A stretch of 64,000 bases of DNA, taken from NCBI GenBank assembly GCA_964016885.1, contig OZ024744.1, positions 119,040,001-119,104,000 of the forward strand, given 5' to 3'. The position numbers were made by a program, and so were the translations under genes. Below are positions 42,729 to 58,680 of this stretch, in pieces. This stretch comes from Eledone cirrhosa. Lineage: Eukaryota. Within the stretch, counting starts at the first letter, position 1. Every line of letters starts with the position of its first letter. The notes beneath the pieces were generated by a model. The model did no database searches, was not told the origin of the DNA, and was given only the letters and a program-made list of their open reading frames with translations.

Positions 42729-45700
42729 TTGGTGTTACTAACATTATTACTGTAACAACTGACTAATGTTACTAACATTATTACTGTAACAACTGACTTG
42801 GTGTTACTAACATTATTACTGTAACAACTGACTTGGTGTTACTAACATTATTACTGTAACAACTGACTTGGTGTTACTAACATTATTACTGTAACAACTG
42901 ACTTGGTGTTACTAACATTATTACTGTAACAACTGACTAATGTTACTAACATTATTACTGTAACAACTGACTTGGTGTTACTAACATTATTACTGTAACA
43001 ACTGACTTGGTGTTACTAACATTATTACTGTAACAACTGACTTGGTGTTACTAACATTATTACTGTAACAACTGACTAATGTTACTAACATTATTACTGT
43101 AACAACTGACTTGGTGTTACTAACATTATTACTGTAACAACTGACTAATGTTACTAACATTTTTACTGTAATAACTGACTTGGTGTTACTAACATTATTA
43201 CTGTAACAACTGACTTGGTGTTACTAACATTATTACTGTAACAACTGACTTGGTGTTACTAACATTATTACTGTAACAACTGACTTGGTGTTACTTACAT
43301 TATTACTGTAACAACTGACTTGGTGTTATTAACATTATTACTGTAACAACTGACTAATGTTACCTACATTATTACTGTAACAACTGACTAATGTTACTAA
43401 CATTATTACTGTAACAACTGACTTGGTGTTACTAACATTATTACTGTAACAACTGACTTGGTGTTACTAACATTATTACTGTAACAACTGACTTGGTGTT
43501 ACCTACATTATTACTGTAACAACTGACTTGGTGTTACTAACATTATTACTGTAACAACTGACTAATGTTACTAACATTATTACTGTAACAACTGACTTGG
43601 TGTTACTAACATTATTACTGTAACAACTGACTAATGTTACTAACATTATTACTGTAACAACTGACTAATGTTACTAACATTATTACTGTAACACCTGACT
43701 TGGTGTTACTAACATTATTACTGTAACAACTGACTTGCTGTTACTAACATTATTACTGTAACAACTGACTTGGTGTTACTAACATTATTACTGTAACAAC
43801 TGACTAATGTTACTAACATTATTACTGTAACAACTGACTAATGTTACTAACATTATTACTGTAACAACTGACTTGCTGTTACTAACATTATTACTGTAAC
43901 AACTGACTTGCTGTTACTAACATTATTACTGTAACAACTGACTTGGTGTTACTAACATTATTACTGTAACAACTGACTTGCTGTTACTAACATTATTACT
44001 GTAACAATTGACTTGGTGTTACTAACATTATTACTGTAACAACTGACTAATGTTACTAACATTATTACTGTAACAACTGACTAATGGTACTAACATTATT
44101 ACTGTAACAACTGACTTGGTGTTACTAACGTTATTACTGTAACAACTGACTAATGTTACTAACATTATTACTGTAACAACTGACTAATGTTACTAACATT
44201 ATTACTGTAACAACTGACTTGTTGTTACTAACATTATTACTGTAACAACTGACTTGGTGTTACTAACATTATTACTGTAACAACTGACTTGGTGTTACTA
44301 ACATTATTACTGTAACAACTGACTAATGTTACTAACATTATTACTGTAACAACTGACTTGTTGTTACTAACATTATTACTGTAACAACTGACTTGGTGTT
44401 ACTAACATTATTACTGTAACAACTGACTAATGTTACTAACATTATTACTGTAACAACTGACTTGGTGTTACTAACATTATTACTGTAACAACTGACTTGG
44501 TGTTACTAACATTATTACTGTGACAACTGACTTGGTGTTACTAACATTATTACTGTAACAACTGACTAATGTTACTAACATTATTACTGTAACAACTGAC
44601 TTGGTGTTACTAACATTATTACTGTAACAACTGACTAATGTTACTAACATTATTACTGTAACAACTGACTAATGTTACTAACATTATTACTGTAACAACT
44701 GATTAATGTTACTAACATTTTTACTGTAATAACTGACTTGGTGTTACTAACATTATTACTGTAACAACTGACTTGGTGTTACTAACATTATTACTGTAAC
44801 AACTGACTTGGTGTTACTAACATTATTACTGTAACAACTGACTTGGTTTTACTTACATTATTACTATAACAACTGACTTGGTGTTACTAACATTATTACT
44901 GTAACAACTGACTAATGTTACCTACATTATTACTGTAACAATTAACTTGGTGTTACTAACATTATTACTGTAACAACTGACTAATGTTACTAACATTATT
45001 ACTGTAACAACTGACTTGGTGTTACTAACATTATTACTGTAACAACTGACTAATGTTACTAACATTATTACTGTAACAACTGACTAATGTTACTAACATT
45101 ATTACTGTAACAACTGACTAATGTTACTAACATTATTACTGTAACAACTGACTAATGTTACTAACATTATTACTGTAACAAGTGACTAATGTTACTAACA
45201 TTATTACTGTAACAACTGACTTGGTGTTACTAACATTATTACTGTAACAACTGACTTGGTGTTACTAACATTATTACTGTAACAACTGACTTCGTGTTAC
45301 TAACATTATTACTGTAACAACTGACTAATGTTACTAACATTATTACTGTAACACCTGACTTGGTGTTACTAACATTATTACTGTAACAACTGACTTGCTG
45401 TTACTAACATTATTACTGTAAAAACTGACTTGGTGTTACTAACATTATTACTGTAACAACTGACTAATGTTACTAACATTATTACTGTAACAACTGACTA
45501 ATGTTACTAACATTATTAATGTAACAACTGACTTGCTGTTACTAACATTATTACTGTAACAACTGACTTGCTGTTACTAACATTATTACTGTAACAACTG
45601 ACTTGGTGTTACTAACATTATTACTGTAACAACTGACTTGTTGTTACTAACATTATTACTGTAACAATTGACTTGGTGTTACTAACATTATTACTGTAAC

Positions 45701-46839
45701 AACTGACTAATTTTACTAATATTATTACTGTAACAATTGACTTGGTGTTACTAACATTATTACTGTAACAACTGACTAATGTTACTAACATTATTACTGT
45801 AACAACTGACTAATGTTACTAACATTATTACTGTAACAATTGACTTGGTGTTACTAACATTATTACTGTAACAACTGACTAATGTTACTAACATTATTAC
45901 TGTAACAACTGACTAATGGTACTAACATTATTACTGTAACAATTGACTTGGTGTTACTAACATTATTACTGTAACAACTGACTAATGTTACTAATATTAT
46001 TACTGTAACAATTGACTTGGTGTTACTAACATTATTACTGTAACAACTGACTAATGTTACTAACATTATTACTGTAACAACTGACTAATGTTACTAACAT
46101 TATTACTGTAACAATTGACTTGGTGTTACTAACATTATTACTGTAACAACTGACTAATGGTACTAACATTATTACTGTAACAACTGACTTGGTGTTACTA
46201 ACGTTATTACTGTAACAACTGACTTGGTGTTACTAACATTATTACTGTAACAACTGACTTGGTGTTACTAACATTATTACCGTAACAACTGACTTGGTGT
46301 TACTAACATTATTACTGTAACAACTGACCTGGTGTTACTAACATTATTACTGTAACAACTGACTTGGTGTTACTAACATTATTACTGTAACAACTGACTT
46401 GGTGTTACTAACATTATTACTGTAACAACTGACTAATGTTACTAACATTATTACTGTAACAACTGACTTGGTGTTACTAACATTATTACTGTAACAACTG
46501 ACTTGGTGTTACTAACATTATTACTGTAACAACTGACTAATGTTACTAACATTATTACTGTAAGAACTGACTTGGTGTTACTAACATTATTACTGTAACA
46601 ACTGACTTGGTGTTACTAACATTATTACTGTAACAACTGACTTGGTGTTACTAACATTATTACTGTAACAACTGACTAATGTTACTAACATTATTACTGT
46701 AAGAACTGACTTGGTGTTACTAACATTATTACTGTAACAACTGACGTGGTGTTACTAACATTATTACTGTAACAACTGACTTGGTGTTACTAACATTATT
46801 ACTGTAACAACTGACTAATGTTACTAACATTATTACTGT

Positions 46840-49800
46840 AACAACTGACTTGATGTTACTAACATTATTACTGTAACAACTGACTAATGTTACTAACATT
46901 ATTACTGTAACAACTGACTAATGTTACTAACATTATTACTGTAACAACTGACTTGGTGTTACTAACATTATTACTGTAACAACTGACCAATGTTACTAAC
47001 ATTATTACTGTAACAACTGACTTGGTGTTACTAACATTATTACTGTAACAACTGACTTGGTGTTACTAACATTATTACTGTAACAACTGACTTGGTGTTA
47101 CTAACATTATTACTGTAACAACTGACTTGGTGTTACTAACATTATTACTGTAACAACTGACTAATGTTACTAACATTATTACTGTAACAACTGACTAATG
47201 TTACAAACATTATTACTGTAACAGCTGACTAATGTTACTAACATTATTACTGTAACAAATGACTAATGTTACTAACATTATTACTCTAACAACTGACTAA
47301 TGTTACTAACATTATTACTGTAACAACTGACTAATGTTACTAACATTATTACTGTAACAACTGACTTGGTGTTACTAACATTATTACTGTAACTACTAAC
47401 TAATGTTACTAACATTATTACTGTAACAACTGACTTGGTTTTACTAACATTACTACTGTAACAACTGACTTGGTGTTACTAACATTATTACTGTAACAAC
47501 TGACTAATGTTACTAACATTATTACTGTTACAACTGACTTGGTGTTACTAACATTATTACTGTAACAACTGACTTGGTGTTACTTACATTATTACTGTAA
47601 CAACTGACTTGGTGTTACTAACATTATTACTGTAACAACTGACTAATGCTACTAACATTATTACTGTAACAACCGACTTGGTGTTACTAACATTATTAAT
47701 GTAACAATTGACTTGGTGTTACTAACATTATTACTGTAACAACTGACTTGGTGTTACTAACATTATTACTGTAAAAACTGACTAATGTTACTAACATTAT
47801 TACTGTAACAACTGACTAATGGTACTAACATTATTACTGTAACAACTGACTTGGTGTCACTAACATTATTACTGTAACAACTGACTTGGTGTTACTAACA
47901 TTATTACTGTAACAACTGACTAATGTTACTAACATTATTACTGTAACAACTGACTAATGTTACTAACATTATTACTGTAACAAATGACTAATGTTACTAA
48001 CATTATTACTGTAACAACTGACTAATGTTACTAACATTATTACTGTAACAACTGACTAATGTTACTAACATTATTACTGTAACAACTGACTTGGTGTTAC
48101 TAACATTATTATTGTAACTACTAACTAATGTTACTAACATTATTTACTGTAACAACTGACTTGGTGTTACTAACATTATTACTGTAAAAACTGACTTGGT
48201 GTTACTAACATTATTACTGTAACAACTGACTAAAGTTACTAACATTATTACTGTAACAACTGACTAAAGTTACTAACATTATTACTGTAACAACTGACTT
48301 GGTGTTACTAACATTATTACTGTAACAACTGACTTGGTGTTACTAACATTATTACTGTAACAACTGACTAATGTTACTAACATTATTACTGTAACAACTG
48401 ACTTGGTGTTACTAACTTTATTACTGTAACAACTGACTTGGTGTTACTTACATTATTACTGTAACAACTGACTTGGTGTTACTAACATTATTACTGTAAC
48501 AACTGACTAATGTTACTAACATTATTACTGTAACAACTGACTAATGTTACTAACATTATTACTGTAACAACTGACTTGGTGTTACTAACATTATTACTGT
48601 AACAACTGACTTGGTGTTACTAACATTATTACTGTAACAACTGACTTGGTGTTACTAACATTATTACTGTAACAACTGACTAATGTTACTAACATGATTA
48701 CTGTAACAACTGACTAATGTTACTAACATTATTACTGTAACACCTGACTTGGTGTTTCTAACATTATTACTGTAACAACTGACTTGGTGTTACTAACATT
48801 ATTACTGTAACAACTGACTTGCTGTTACTAACATTATTACTGTAACAATTGACTTGGTGTTACTAACATTATTACTGTACCAACTGACTAATGTTACTAA
48901 CATTATTACTGTAACAACTGACTAATGGTACTAACATTATTACTGTAACAACTGACTTGGTATTACTAACGTTATTACTGTAACAACTGACTTGGTGTTA
49001 CTAACATTATTACTGTAACAACTGACTTGGTGTTACTAACGTTATTACTGTAACAACTGACTTGGTGTTACTAACATTATTACTGTAACAACTGACCTGG
49101 TGTTACTAACATTATTACTGTAACAACTGACTTGGTGTTACTAACATTATTACTGTAACAACTGACTTGGTGTTACTAACATTATTACTGTAACAACTGA
49201 CTAATGTTACTAACATTATTACTGTAACAACTGACTTGGTGTTACTAACATTATTACTGTAACAACTGACTTGGTGTTACTAACATTATTACTGTAACAA
49301 CTGACTTGGTGTTACTAACATTATTACTGTAACAACTGACTAATGTTACTAACATTATTACTGTAACAACTGACTTGATGTTACTAACATTATTACTGTA
49401 ACAACTGACTAATGTTACTAACATTATTACTGTAACAACTGACTAATGTTACTAACATTATTACTGTAACAACTGACTTGGTGTTACTAACATTATTACT
49501 GTAACAACTGACCAATGTTACTAACATTATTACTGTAACAACTGACTTGGTGTTACTAACATTATTACTGTAACAACTGACTTGGTGTTACTAACATTAT
49601 TACTGTAACAACTGACTTGGTGTTACTAACATTATTACTGTAACAACTGACTTGGTGTTACTAACATTATTACTGTAACAACTGACTAATGTTACTAACA
49701 TTATTACTGTAACAACTGACTAATGTTACAAACATTATTACTGTAACAACTGACTAATGTTACTAACATTATTACTGTAACAAATGACTAATGTTACTAA

Positions 49801-51890
49801 CATTATTACTCTAACAACTGACTAATGTTACTAACATTATTACTGTAACAACTGACTAATGTTACTAACATTATTACTGTAACAACTGACTTGGTGTTAC
49901 TAACATTATTACTGTAACTACTAACTAATGTTACTAACATTATTACTGTAACAACTGACTTGGTGTTACTAACATTACTACTGTAACAACTGACTTGGTG
50001 TTACTAACATTATTACTGTAACAACTGACTAATGTTACTAACATTATTACTGTTACAACTGACTTGGTGTTACTAACATTATTACTGTAACAACTGACTT
50101 GGTGTTACTTACATTATTACTGTAACAACTGACTTGGTGTTACTAACATTATTACTGTAACAACTGACTAATGCTACTAACATTATTACTGTAACAACTG
50201 ACTTGGTGTTACTAACATTATTAATGTAACAATTGACTTGGTGTTACTAACATTATTACTGTAACAACTGACTTGGTGTTACTAACATTATTACTGTAAA
50301 AACTGACTAATGTTACTAACATTATTACTGTAACAACTGACTAATGGTACTAACATTATTACTGTAACAACTGACTTGGTGTCACTAACATTATTACTGT
50401 AACAACTGACTTGGTGTTACTAACATTATTACTGTAACAACTGACTAATGTTACTAACATTATTACTGTAACAACTGACTAATGTTACTAACATTATTAC
50501 TGTAACAAATGACTAATGTTACTAACATTATTACTGTAACAACTGACTAATGTTACTAACATTATTACTGTAACAACTGACTAATGTTACTAACATTATT
50601 ACTGTAACAACTGACTTGGTGTTACTAACATTATTATTGTAACTACTAACTAATGTTACTAACATTATTACTGTAACAACTGACTTGGTGTTACTAACAT
50701 TATTACTGTAAAAACTGACTTGGTGTTACTAACATTATTACTGTAACAACTGACTAAAGTTACTAACATTATTACTGTAACAACTGACTAAAGTTACTAA
50801 CATTATTACTGTAACAACTGACTTGGTGTTACTAACATTATTACTGTAACAACTGACTTGGTGTTACTAACATTATTACTGTAACAACTGACTAATGTTA
50901 CTAACATTATTACTGTAACAACTGACTTGGTGTTACTAACTTTATTACTGTAACAACTGACTTGGTGTTACTTACATTATTACTGTAACAACTGACTTGG
51001 TGTTACTAACATTATTACTGTAACAACTGACTAATGTTACTAACATTATTACTGTAACAACTGACTAATGTTACTAACATTATTACTGTAACAACTGACT
51101 TGGTGTTACTAACATTATTACTGTAACAACTGACTTGGTGTTACTAACATTATTACTGTAACAACTGACTTGGTGTTACTAACATTATTACTGTAACAAC
51201 TGACTAATGTTACTAACATGATTACTGTAACAACTGACTAATGTTACTAACATTATTACTGTAACACCTGACTTGGTGTTTCTAACATTATTACTGTAAC
51301 AACTGACTTGGTGTTACTAACATTATTACTGTAACAACTGACTTGCTGTTACTAACATTATTACTGTAACAATTGACTTGGTGTTACTAACATTATTACT
51401 GTACCAACTGACTAATGTTACTAACATTATTACTGTAACAACTGACTAATGGTACTAACATTATTACTGTAACAACTGACTTGGTGTTACTAACGTTATT
51501 ACTGTAACAACTGACTTGGTGTTACTAACATTATTACTGTAACAACTGACTTGGTGTTACTAACGTTATTACTGTAACAACTGACTTGGTGTTACTAACA
51601 TTATTACTGTAACAACTGACCTGGTGTTACTAACATTATTACTGTAACAACTGACTTGGTGTTACTAACATTATTACTGTAACAACTGACTTGGTGTTAC
51701 TAACATTATTACTGTAACAACTGACTAATGTTACTAACATTATTACTGTAACAACTGACTTGGTGTTACTAACATTATTACTGTAACAACTGACTTGGTG
51801 TTACTAACATTATTACTGTAACAACTGACTTGGTGTTACTAACATTATTACTGTAACAACTGACTAATGTTACTAACATTATTACTGTAA
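46840..51890. repeat. Tandem duplication of a 2524/2525-bp unit
   Basis: TTGATG at 46853/49378 (offset 2525) and GTTTCTA at 48757/51281 (offset 2524). The 1-bp difference is explained by an extra T near 48144. Confidence 0.88.
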
Positions 51891-54800
51891 CAACTGACTT
51901 GGTGTTACTAACATTATTACTGTAACAACTGACTTGGTGTTACTAACATTATTACTGTAACAACTGACTAATGTTACTAACATTATTACTGTAACAACTG
52001 ACTAATGTTACTAACGTTATTACTGTAACAACTGACTTGGTGTTACTAACGTTATTACTGTAACAACTGACTTGGTGTTACTAACATTATTACTGTAACA
52101 ACTGACCTGGTGTTACTAACATTATTACTGTAACAACTGACTTGGTGTTACTAACATTATTACTGTAACAACTGACTTGGTGTTACTAACATTATTACTG
52201 TAACAACTGACTAATGTTACTAACATTATTACTGTAACAACTGACTTGGTGTTACTAACATTATTACTGTAACAACTGACTTGGTGTTACTAACATTATT
52301 ACTGTAACAACTGACTTGGTGTTACTAACATTATTACTGTAACAACTGACTTGGTGTTACTAACATTATTACTGTAACAACTGACTAATGTTACTAACAT
52401 TATTACTGTAACAACTGACTTGGTGTTACTAACACTATTACTGTAACAACTGACTAATGTTACCTACATTATTACTGTAACAACTGACTAATGTTACTAA
52501 CATTTTTACTGTAATAACTGACTTGGTGTTACTAACATTATTACTGTAACAACTGACTTGGTGTTACTAACATTATTACCATAACAACTGACTTGGTGTT
52601 ACTAACATTATTACTGTAACAACTGACTTGGTGTTACTTATATTATTACTGTAACAACTGACTTGGTGTTACTAACATTATTACTGTAACAACTGACTAA
52701 TGTTACCTACATTATTACTGTAACAACTGACTAATGTTACTAACATTATTACTGTAACAACTGATTGGTTTAAACTAACATTATTACTGTAACAACTGAC
52801 TTGGTTTTACTAACATTATTACTGTAACAACTGACTTGGTGTTACTTACATTATTACTGTAACAACTGACTTGGTGTTACTAACATTATTACTGTAACAA
52901 CTGACTAATGTTACTAACATTATTACTGTAACAACTGACTTGGTGTTACTAACATTATTACTGTAACAACTGACTAATGTTACTAACATTATTACTGTAA
53001 CAACTGACTAATGTTACTAACATTATTACTGTAACACCTGACTTGGTGTTACTAACATTATTACTGTAACAACTGACTTGCTGTTACTAACATTATTACT
53101 GTAACAACTGACTTGGTGTTACTAACATTATTACTGTAACAACTGACTAATGTTACTAACATTATTACTGTAACAACTGACTAATGTTACTAACATTATT
53201 ACTGTAACAACTGACTTGGTGTTACTAACATTATTACTGTAACAACTGACTTGGTGTTACTAACATTATTACTGTAACAACTGACTTGGTGTTACTTATA
53301 TTATTACTGTAACAACTGACTTGGTGTTACTAACACTATTACTGTAACAAATGACTAATGTTACCTACATTATTACTGTAACAACTGACTAATGTTACTA
53401 ACATTTTTACTGTAATAACTGACTTGGTGTTACTAACATTATTACTGTAACAACTGACTTGGTGTTACTAACATTATTACTGTAACAACTGACTTGGTGT
53501 TACTAACATTATTACTGTAACAACTGACTAATGTTACTAACATTATTACTGTAACAACTGACTTGGTGTTACTAACATTATTACTGTAACAAATGACTTG
53601 GTGTTACTAACATTATTACTGTAACAACTGACTTGGTGTTACTAACATTATAACTGTAACAACTGACTTGGTGTTACTAACATTATTACTGTAACAACTG
53701 ACTAATGTTACTAACATTATTACTGTAACAACTGACTTGGTGTTACTAACATTATTACTGTAACAACTGACTTGGTGTTACTAACATTATTACTGTAACA
53801 ACTGACTTGGTGTTACTAACATTATTACTGTAACAACTGACTAATGTTACTAACATTATTACTGTAACAACTGACTTGGTGTTACTAACATTATTACTGT
53901 AACAACTGACTAATGTTACTAACATTATTACTGTAACAACTGACTAATGTTACTAACATTATTACTGTAACAACTGACTTGGTGTTACTAACATTATTAC
54001 TGTAACAACTGACTTGGTGTTACTAACATTATTACTGTAACAACTGACTTGGTGTTACTTATATTATTACTGTAACAACTGACTTGGTGTTACTAACACT
54101 ATTACTGTAACAACTGACTAATGTTACCTACATTATTACTGTAACAACTGACTAATGTTACTAACATTTTTACTGTAATAACTGACTTGGTGTTACTAAC
54201 ATTATTACTGTAACAACTGACTTGGTGTTACTAACATTATTACTGTAACAACTGACTTGGTGTTACTTATATTATTACTGTAACAACTGACTTGGTGTTA
54301 CTAACATTATTACTGTAACAACTGACTAATGTTACCTACATTATTACTGTAACAACTGACTAATGTTACTAACATTATTACTGTAACAACTGACTAATGG
54401 TACTAACATTATTACTGTAACAACTGACTTGGTGTTACTAACGTTATTACTGTAACAACTGACTAATGTTACTAACATTATTACTGTAACAACTGACTAA
54501 TGTTACTAACATTATTACTGTAACAACTGACTTGTTGTTACTAACATTATTACTGTAACAACTGACTTGGTGTTACTAACATTATTACTGTAACAACTGA
54601 CTAATGTTACTAACATTATTACTGTAACAACTGACTTGGTGTTACTAACATTATTACTGTAACAACTGACTTGGTGTTACTAACATTATTACTGTGACAA
54701 CTGACTTGGTGTTACTAACATTATTACTGTAACAACTGACTAATGTTACTAACATTATTACTGTAACAACTGACTTGGTGTTACTAACATTATTACTGTA

Positions 54801-56939
54801 ACAACTGACTAATGTTACTAACATTATTACTGTAACAACTGACTAATGTTACTAACATTATTACTGTAACAACTGATTAATGTTACTAACATTTTTACTG
54901 TAATAACTGACTTGGTGTTACTAACATTATTACTGTAACAACTGACTTGGTGTTACTAACATTATTACTGTAACAACTGACTTGGTGTTACTAACATTAT
55001 TACTGTAACAACTGACTTGGTTTTACTTACATTATTACTATAACAACTGACTTGGTGTTACTAACATTATTACTGTAACAACTGACTAATGTTACCTACA
55101 TTATTACTGTAACAATTAACTTGGTGTTACTAACATTATTACTGTAACAACTGACTAATGTTACTAACATTATTACTGTAACAACTGACTTGGTGTTACT
55201 AACATTATTACTGTAACAACTGACTAATGTTACTAACATTATGACTGTAACAACTGACTAATGTTACTAACATTATTACTGTAACAACTGACTAATGTTA
55301 CTAACATTATTACTGTAACAACTGACTAATGTTACTAACATTATTACTGTAACAACTGACTTGGTGTTACTAACATTATTACTGTAACAACTGACTTGGT
55401 GTTACTAACATTATTACTGTAACAACTGACTTCGTGTTACTAACATTATTACTGTAACAACTGACTAATGTTACTAACATTATTACTGTAACACCTGACT
55501 TGGTGTTACTAACATTATTACTGTAACAACTGACTTGCTGTTACTAACATTATTGCTGTAAAAACTGACTTGGTGTTACTAACATTATTACTGTAACAAC
55601 TGACTAATGTTACTAACATTATTACTGTAACAACTGACTAATGTTACTAACATTATTAATGTAACAACTGACTTGCTGTTACTAACATTATTACTGTAAC
55701 AACTGACTTGTGGTTACTAACATTATTACTGTAACAACTGACTTGGTGTTACTAACATTATTACTGTAACAACTGACTTGTTGTTACTAACATTATTACT
55801 GTAACAATTGACTTGGTGTTACTAACATTATTACTGTAACAACTGACTTGGTTTTACTAACATTATTACTGTAACAATTGACTTGGTGTTACTAACATTA
55901 TTACTGTAACAACTGACTAATGTTACTAACATTATTACTGTAACAACTGACTAATGGTACTAACATTATTACTGTAACAATTGACTTGGTGTTACTAACA
56001 TTATTACTGTAACAACTGACTAATGTTACTAATATTATTACTGTAACAATTGACTTGGTGTTACTAACATTATTACTGTAACAACTGACTAATGTTACTA
56101 ACATTATTACTGTAACAACTGACTAATGTTACTAACATTATTACTGTAACAATTGACTTGGTGTTACTAACATTATTACTGTAACAACTGACTAATGGTA
56201 CTAACATTATTACTGTAACAACTGACTTGGTGTTACTAACGTTATTACTGTAACAACTGACTTGGTGTTACTAACATTATTACTGTAACAACTGACTTGG
56301 TGTTACTAACATTATTACCGTAACAACTGACTTGGTGTTACTAACATTATTACTGTAACAACTGACCTGGTGTTACTAACATTATTACTGTAACAACTGA
56401 CTTGGTGTTACTAACATTATTACAGTAACAACTGACTTGGTGTTACTAACATTATTACTGTAACAACTGACTAATGTTACTAACATTATTACTGTAACAA
56501 CTGACTTGGTGTTACTAACATTATTACTGTAACAACTGACTTGGTGTTACTAACATTATTACTGTAACAACTGACTTGGTTTTACTAACATTATTACTGT
56601 AACAACTGACTTGGTGTTACTAACATTATTACTGTAACAACTGACTAATGTTACTAACATTATTACTGTAAGAACTGACTTGGTGTTACTTACATTATTA
56701 CTGTAACAACTGACGTGGTGTTACTAACATTATTACTGTAACAACTGACTTGGTGTTACTAACATTATTACTGTAACAACTGACTGATGTTACTAACATT
56801 ATTACTGTAACAACTGTCTTGATGTTACTAACATTATTACTGTAACAACTGCCTAATGTTACTAACATTATTACTGTAACAACTGACTAATGTTACTAAC
56901 ATTATTACTGTAACAACTGACTTGGTGTTACTAACATTA

Positions 56940-58680
56940 TTACTGTAACAACTGACCAATGTTACTAACATTTTTACTGTAATAACTGACTTGGTGTTAC
57001 TAACATTATTACTGTAACAACTGACTTGGTGTTACTAACATTATTACTGTAACAACTGACTTGGTGTTACTAACATTATTACTGTAACAACTGACTTGGT
57101 GTTACTAACATTATTACTGTAACAACTGACTAATGTTACTAACATTATTACTGTAACAACTGACTAATGTTACAAACATTATTACTGTAACAACTGACTA
57201 ATGTTACTAACATTATTACTGTAACAAATGACTAATGTTACTAACATTATTACTCTAACAACTGACTAATGTTACTAACATTATTACTGTAACAACTGAC
57301 TAATGTTACTAACATTATTACTGTAACAACTGACTTGGTGTTACTAACATTATTACTGTAACTACTAACTAATGTTACTAACATTATTACTGTAACAACT
57401 GACTTGGTGTTACTAACATTACTACTGTAACAACTGACTTGGTGTTACTAACATTATTACTGTAACAACTGACTAATGTTACTAACATTATTACTGTTAC
57501 AACTGACTTGGTGTTACTAACATTATTACTGTAACAACTGACTTGGTGTTACTTACATTATTACTGTAACAACTGACTTGGTGTTACTAACATTATTACT
57601 GTAACAACTGACTAATGCTACTAACATTATTACTGTAACAACTGACTTGGTGTTACTAACATTATTAATGTAACAATTGACTTGGTGTTACTAACATTAT
57701 TACTGTAACAACTGACTTGGTGTTACTAACATTATTACTGTAAAAACTGACTAATGTTACTAACATTATTACTGTAACAACTGACTAATGTTACTAACAT
57801 TATTACTGTAACAACTGACTTGGTGTTACTAACATTATTACTGTAACAACTGACCAATGTTACTAACATTTTTACTGTAATAACTGACTTGGTGTTACTA
57901 ACATTATTACTGTAACAACTGACTTGGTGTTACTAACATTATTACTGTAACAACTGACTTGGTGTTACTAACATTATTACTGTAACAACTGACTTGGTGT
58001 TACTAACATTATTACTGTAACAACTGACTAATGTTACTAACATTATTACTGTAACAACTGACTAATGTTACAAACATTATTACTGTAACAACTGACTAAT
58101 GTTACTAACATTATTACTGTAACAAATGACTAATGTTACTAACATTATTACTCTAACAACTGACTAATGTTACTAACATTATTACTGTAACAACTGACTA
58201 ATGTTACTAACATTATTACTGTAACAACTGACTTGGTGTTACTAACATTATTACTGTAACTACTAACTAATGTTACTAACATTATTACTGTAACAACTGA
58301 CTTGGTGTTACTAACATTACTACTGTAACAACTGACTTGGTGTTACTAACATTATTACTGTAACAACTGACTAATGTTACTAACATTATTACTGTTACAA
58401 CTGACTTGGTGTTACTAACATTATTACTGTAACAACTGACTTGGTGTTACTTACATTATTACTGTAACAACTGACTTGGTGTTACTAACATTATTACTGT
58501 AACAACTGACTAATGCTACTAACATTATTACTGTAACAACTGACTTGGTGTTACTAACATTATTAATGTAACAATTGACTTGGTGTTACTAACATTATTA
58601 CTGTAACAACTGACTTGGTGTTACTAACATTATTACTGTAAAAACTGACTAATGTTACTAACATTATTACTGTAACAACT
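56940..58680. repeat. Tandem duplication with 898-bp offset
   Basis: GACCAATG...TTTTTACTGTAATA at 56957/57855 and TTACAAAC at 57174/58072. Confidence 0.8.
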
